Of a stretch of 20,000 bases of DNA, positions 17,401-20,000 are shown piece by piece. The notes below the pieces were generated by a model. The model was not told the DNA's origin. It was given only the letters and a program-made list of their open reading frames with translations, and did not search any database. This DNA comes from an uncultured virus (IMG/VR IMGVR_UViG_3300046315_000155) (Duplodnaviria > Heunggongvirae > Uroviricota > Caudoviricetes), in IMG/VR virus record IMGVR_UViG_3300046315_000155. One strand, 5' to 3'. A program made the translations under genes and the position numbers. Positions within the stretch are counted from its first letter, which is position 1, and each line of letters opens with the position of its first letter.

Positions 17401-18475
17401 TATCTATATTCTTTGCTGCATTTATGTCTCTATCGTGTATTACTCCGCATCTTTCGCATTTAATCGTCCTTATGGACAAGTCTAGCGAACCCCATCGGTA
17501 TCCACACTCGTTACATATCTGACTGCTTGGATAGAATCTCCCTATCTGTACAAATTCTCTCCCAAATTTATCACATTTAGCTTTAATTAGTACTACAAAA
17601 TTACTCCACCCTTGTCTACTTATTGCTTTCGACAATTTTCGATTAGCAAGCATTCCTTTTACATTCAGATGTTCTAAACTTACAGTTTGGTTTTTGCTGC
17701 AAATTAAAGTACTTACTTTATGATGGAAATCCTTACGAATATCAGTAATTTTGTTATGTAATTTTGCTATCGAAAGCCTAAGATTGTTTCTACGTTTAGA
17801 TCCTGGTTGTGACTTAGCATGTTTATGTTGTGCTTTAGCAATCTTGTCATAGAGTTTATTATAGGTATTAGGAGATTTATATGCAGTCCCATCAGAACAA
17901 ATAGCAAAAGTTTGAATACCTAAATCGATACCGATACTCGGTGATTCGCTATATATTTGTACTGGTTCTACTTGTACGACAAAACTGATAAAATATCTAT
18001 CTGCACAATCTTTAGTAATCGTGCAAGAAGTAGGGGTAGAAGGCAATTCGCGAGAATATATAGGTTTAATCGTACCGATTTTAGCTATAGATATTTCGCC
18101 ATTTGCTAGTAATTGATACCCATTAGATTGAAATGTACAACTTTGAGAATTAGTACGTTTTTTAAATTTAGGGAAACCTATTTTTTGACCTTTGCGTTTC
18201 CCTTTCAGGGAATCAAAAAAGTTTTTAAACGAACTACCTAAATTAGAAACAGATTGTTGAAGAGCAACAGACGAGACATCTTTCAGAAAAGTGTGCTCAG
18301 ATTTAAGTAAAGTAACAAGTTTAATTAGATCGTAAGCAGAAGTAAATTTGAGAGTATTAGATTTAATAATCGCTAAAATATGATTATAAACAAAACGACA
18401 GCAACCAAAAGTATGCGCAAGGCGCAACTGTTGGTGAGGAGTTGGATAAAATCGATAATTATAGCGAGAAAGCAT
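17339..18475 (-). CDS. tnpB: TnpB RNA-guided endonuclease
   Basis: N-terminal YRFYPT..Q...FGCCRFVYN, RuvC-I IGIDLG, RuvC-II SLEHL, zinc finger CNEC..CERC, RuvC-III HDRDINAA. Confidence 0.95.
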   Translation of the reverse strand: MLSRYNYRFYPTPHQQLRLAHTFGCCRFVYNHILAIIKSNTLKFTSAYDLIKLVTLLKSEHTFLKDVSSVALQQSVSNLGSSFKNFFDSLKGKRKGQKIGFPKFKKRTNSQSCTFQSNGYQLLANGEISIAKIGTIKPIYSRELPSTPTSCTITKDCADRYFISFVVQVEPVQIYSESPSIGIDLGIQTFAICSDGTAYKSPNTYNKLYDKIAKAQHKHAKSQPGSKRRNNLRLSIAKLHNKITDIRKDFHHKVSTLICSKNQTVSLEHLNVKGMLANRKLSKAISRQGWSNFVVLIKAKCDKFGREFVQIGRFYPSSQICNECGYRWGSLDLSIRTIKCERCGVIHDRDINAAKNIDKVGIGHGHDYKCAVRAGKTR

Positions 18476-18501
18476 TGTATTGATTAATGGGATATGTATA
18501 T

Positions 18502-18530
18502 AGTATAGCGGAGAAAATATAGAAAGTCAA
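18502..18530 (-). promoter_or_regulatory. Sigma70 promoter of tnpB
   Basis: TTGACT-17-TATACT. Confidence 0.75.
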
Positions 18531-18569
18531 GGAGCAATTAGAAGAAAGCCGTCCTTCAGGACGGGGTTT

Positions 18570-18662
18570 TTACCCAAATCTCCGATAATCTAGATTGTTG
18601 AGTTCTCCTACCAGATCTGGGAACAGCTTGTGTAATACATCGTATAATTCAAGATATGTCAT
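18570..18662 (-). pseudogene. Short ORF hit by the IS insertion; N-terminus resembles the 5397/5777 paralogs
   Basis: MTYLELYDVLHKLFPDLVGELNNLDY|RRFG*; lies downstream of the promoter module at 18694. Confidence 0.45.
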
Positions 18663-18693
18663 ATTATTTTGGTTGTCTTGTTTAACTGTTTTA

Positions 18694-18750
18694 ACTATCT
18701 CACTAATCCGATCTAATTGCAAGCCATTTTAACAGATTAAGCACAATGGC
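18694..18750 (-). promoter_or_regulatory. Partial repeated promoter module (TTGCAA-17-GATAGT)
   Basis: actatctcactaatccgatctaattgcaagccattttaacagattaagcacaatggc. Confidence 0.7.
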
Positions 18751-18768
18751 GGATATCCCAATATTAAT

Positions 18769-18854
18769 ATGATGACTTACTATATCAAATTTAATATCCC
18801 TCTAGAATGCTCTGTAAGGCACGACAGCTGTAATTTGATATAGTAAGTCATTAT
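18769..18854. repeat. 23-bp inverted repeat (1 mismatch)
   Basis: ATGATGACTTACTATATCAAATT (18769-18791) / AATTTGATATAGTAAGTCATTAT (18832-18854). Confidence 0.85.
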
Positions 18855-19008
18855 TCTAGTTTTCGTGCGTTGAGGGGCACTCTAGACGGATCTGAGAGCA
18901 TAATTGGCTTATCCCAATAACAAAAAAAAGATAACTTTTTAGTTATATTTTTTTTTTGAAGTGGGTAAACAGAAACAGAGAAGAAAGTTTATAATACTAA
19001 AGTAGCAT

Positions 19009-19042
19009 CAACTAAGTCCACACAAATGTGTGGACTTAGTTG
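19009..19042. terminator. Perfect long stem-loop after gene 19058-19324
   Basis: CAACTAAGTCCACACA-AA-TGTGTGGACTTAGTTG. Confidence 0.6.
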
Positions 19043-19057
19043 GATTGGACATAGAAT

Positions 19058-19324
19058 CTACCAAGTGATTAAGTTATATACTCGATTTAAGATGCTGGTA
19101 GGAGCATCATTATTAATCGTAGTTTTGTTGTCGTGGATTTTTAGAATCCACCCGTAAAATCCAGTGTTGGCAAACACCGTGATAGGGTGGAGAATTGTGG
19201 GATCGTACTTAGTGGCAAGAATAGTGACATCTCCATTAGAGTCTACCGATGAAATGATCATATCTTTAGCGTTCATGTTTCGATATTCCTTGTTTGGGTT
19301 AGAAGACGTGAGTTTTAGACTCAT
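19058..19324 (-). CDS. Hypothetical protein, probably leaderless
   Basis: 88 aa; TTGACT-18-TATACT (19332-19361) ends 7 nt before the ATG. Confidence 0.7.
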   Translation of the reverse strand: MSLKLTSSNPNKEYRNMNAKDMIISSVDSNGDVTILATKYDPTILHPITVFANTGFYGWILKIHDNKTTINNDAPTSILNRVYNLITW

Positions 19325-19456
19325 TACAGTTAGTATAGTACATACGACGTTAATAAGTCAAGTAGTAAATGGTTAAAAAAAGGTTAAAATTGAAGTAGTT
19401 TGACTTAATACCTTCTTGTCATTAAAGGGATCGGTATCAAGCGTTCCCTTATTAAA

Positions 19457-20000
19457 TTACTGGATATTCATACAATTACGCTGAAACTCAGCGTGCTGTT
19501 CTTGGGTGATGTTGTATGAAACAGTACCATCGCCATTATCAACAATCTTGGCATCAATGAAGAAATTGACCAACACCAATTTTACATTAACTTTTTTAAT
19601 ACTAGTCTCTGTTGCAGTTGGTTTATTGGGAGCAACACCGCTATCTTTGAGTATTACCGCTTTTTTTAGTTCTTCGTCATCATAATCTTCTGAGTTTTCT
19701 AGGGATTCCGCATTAATCAGATCCTCTTCTGAGTTTTCTAGGGATTCCGCATTAATCAGATCCTCTTCTGAGTTTTCTAGGGATTCCGCATTAATCAGAT
19801 CCTCTTCTGAGTTTTCTAGGGATTCCGCATTAATCAGATCCTCTTCTGGGTTTTCTAGGGATTCCGCATTAATCAGATCCTCTTCTACGGGTTCATCCCC
19901 TTTCCGCGTACCCCCAGATTTACTACCTTTCTGCTTACCACCAGATTTACTACCTTTCCGCTTACCACCAGATGTATTTTTATCATCTATCGGATGATCG
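19457..20000 (-). CDS. C-terminal part of a repeat-containing protein (starts beyond the window; not in ORF track)
   Basis: Open from 19999 to TAA 19457-19459; (SGGKRKGSK)x~3, then (EEDLINAESLENS)x5, then a globular-looking tail. Confidence 0.8.
   Translation of the reverse strand, partial: DHPIDDKNTSGGKRKGSKSGGKQKGSKSGGTRKGDEPVEEDLINAESLENPEEDLINAESLENSEEDLINAESLENSEEDLINAESLENSEEDLINAESLENSEDYDDEELKKAVILKDSGVAPNKPTATETSIKKVNVKLVLVNFFIDAKIVDNGDGTVSYNITQEQHAEFQRNCMNIQ
19686..19886. repeat. 39-bp coding tandem repeat, 5 copies plus 6 bp
   Basis: TCTTCTGAGTTTTCTAGGGATTCCGCATTAATCAGATCC at 19686, 19725, 19764, 19803 and 19842 (one substitution). Confidence 0.97.
19899..19973. repeat. 27-bp coding tandem repeat, about 3 copies
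   Basis: CCAGATTTACTACCTTTC(T/C)GCTTACCA units. Confidence 0.9.

Larger units (their letters stand above)
17246..18584 (-). mobile_element. IS200/IS605-family element, tnpB only (IS1341-like, non-autonomous)
   Basis: Left end: TTAT|CGGAG...AAAAACCCCGTCCTGAAGGACGG hairpin. Right end: GAATCCCTG...CAGGGAGGTATGTCAA|. No tnpA. Confidence 0.85.

Noticed and set aside
18354..18369. Extra palindrome copy GTATTAGATTTAATAA
   Set aside because: Lies inside the tnpB coding sequence with 2 mismatches; likely chance in AT-rich DNA.
17339..18475. Catalytically dead TnpB (TldR-like regulator) or Cas12f
   Set aside because: RuvC D-E-D is intact, both transposon ends are present and there is no CRISPR array.
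172..19376. Shadow ORFs (172-420, 1112-1486, 1350-1562, 1911-2237, 2084-2329, 2615-2827, 5361-5564, 9807-10211, 10593-10775, 16017-16211, 16120-16329, 19164-19376)
   Set aside because: Antisense to or out of frame with better-supported genes, with no motifs.
19686..19886. CRISPR array
   Set aside because: The 39-bp repeats are contiguous with no spacers and encode an in-frame 13-aa repeat.
1..20000. Stop-codon reassignment
   Set aside because: Recognisable proteins (Dam, HNH, TnpB) are full length in the standard code, and the gaps are explained by regulatory repeats.

Overview
AT-rich segment of a large T4-like (probably jumbo) phage genome. A cyanobacterial host is plausible but inferred. 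Left part (+ strand, 1-6163): end of a virion structural gene, a GIY-YIG homing endonuclease frameshifted by a (TA)n tract, a PAAR-like spike protein, a phage Dam-family methylase, two paralogous HNH endonucleases and small hypothetical genes. From 6306 onward essentially all genes are on the - strand. About 7.1-18.9 kb is an array of mostly unrelated, short, often acidic genes packaged as modular cassettes. The shared non-coding parts are: a long promoter module (7 copies), a hairpin-embedded promoter (7 copies), a TTATTAAATTTAATAA palindrome usually near the stop codon (11 copies), GCCGATCT/AGATCGGC terminators, a CTAGAATGCCC box (11 copies) and a duplicated ~230 bp non-coding block. A complete tnpB-only IS200/IS605 element (17246-18584, inserted at TTAT) sits in the array. 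The window ends in a gene with 39-bp and 27-bp coding tandem repeats. No CRISPR array, tRNA, integrase or reverse transcriptase was seen.
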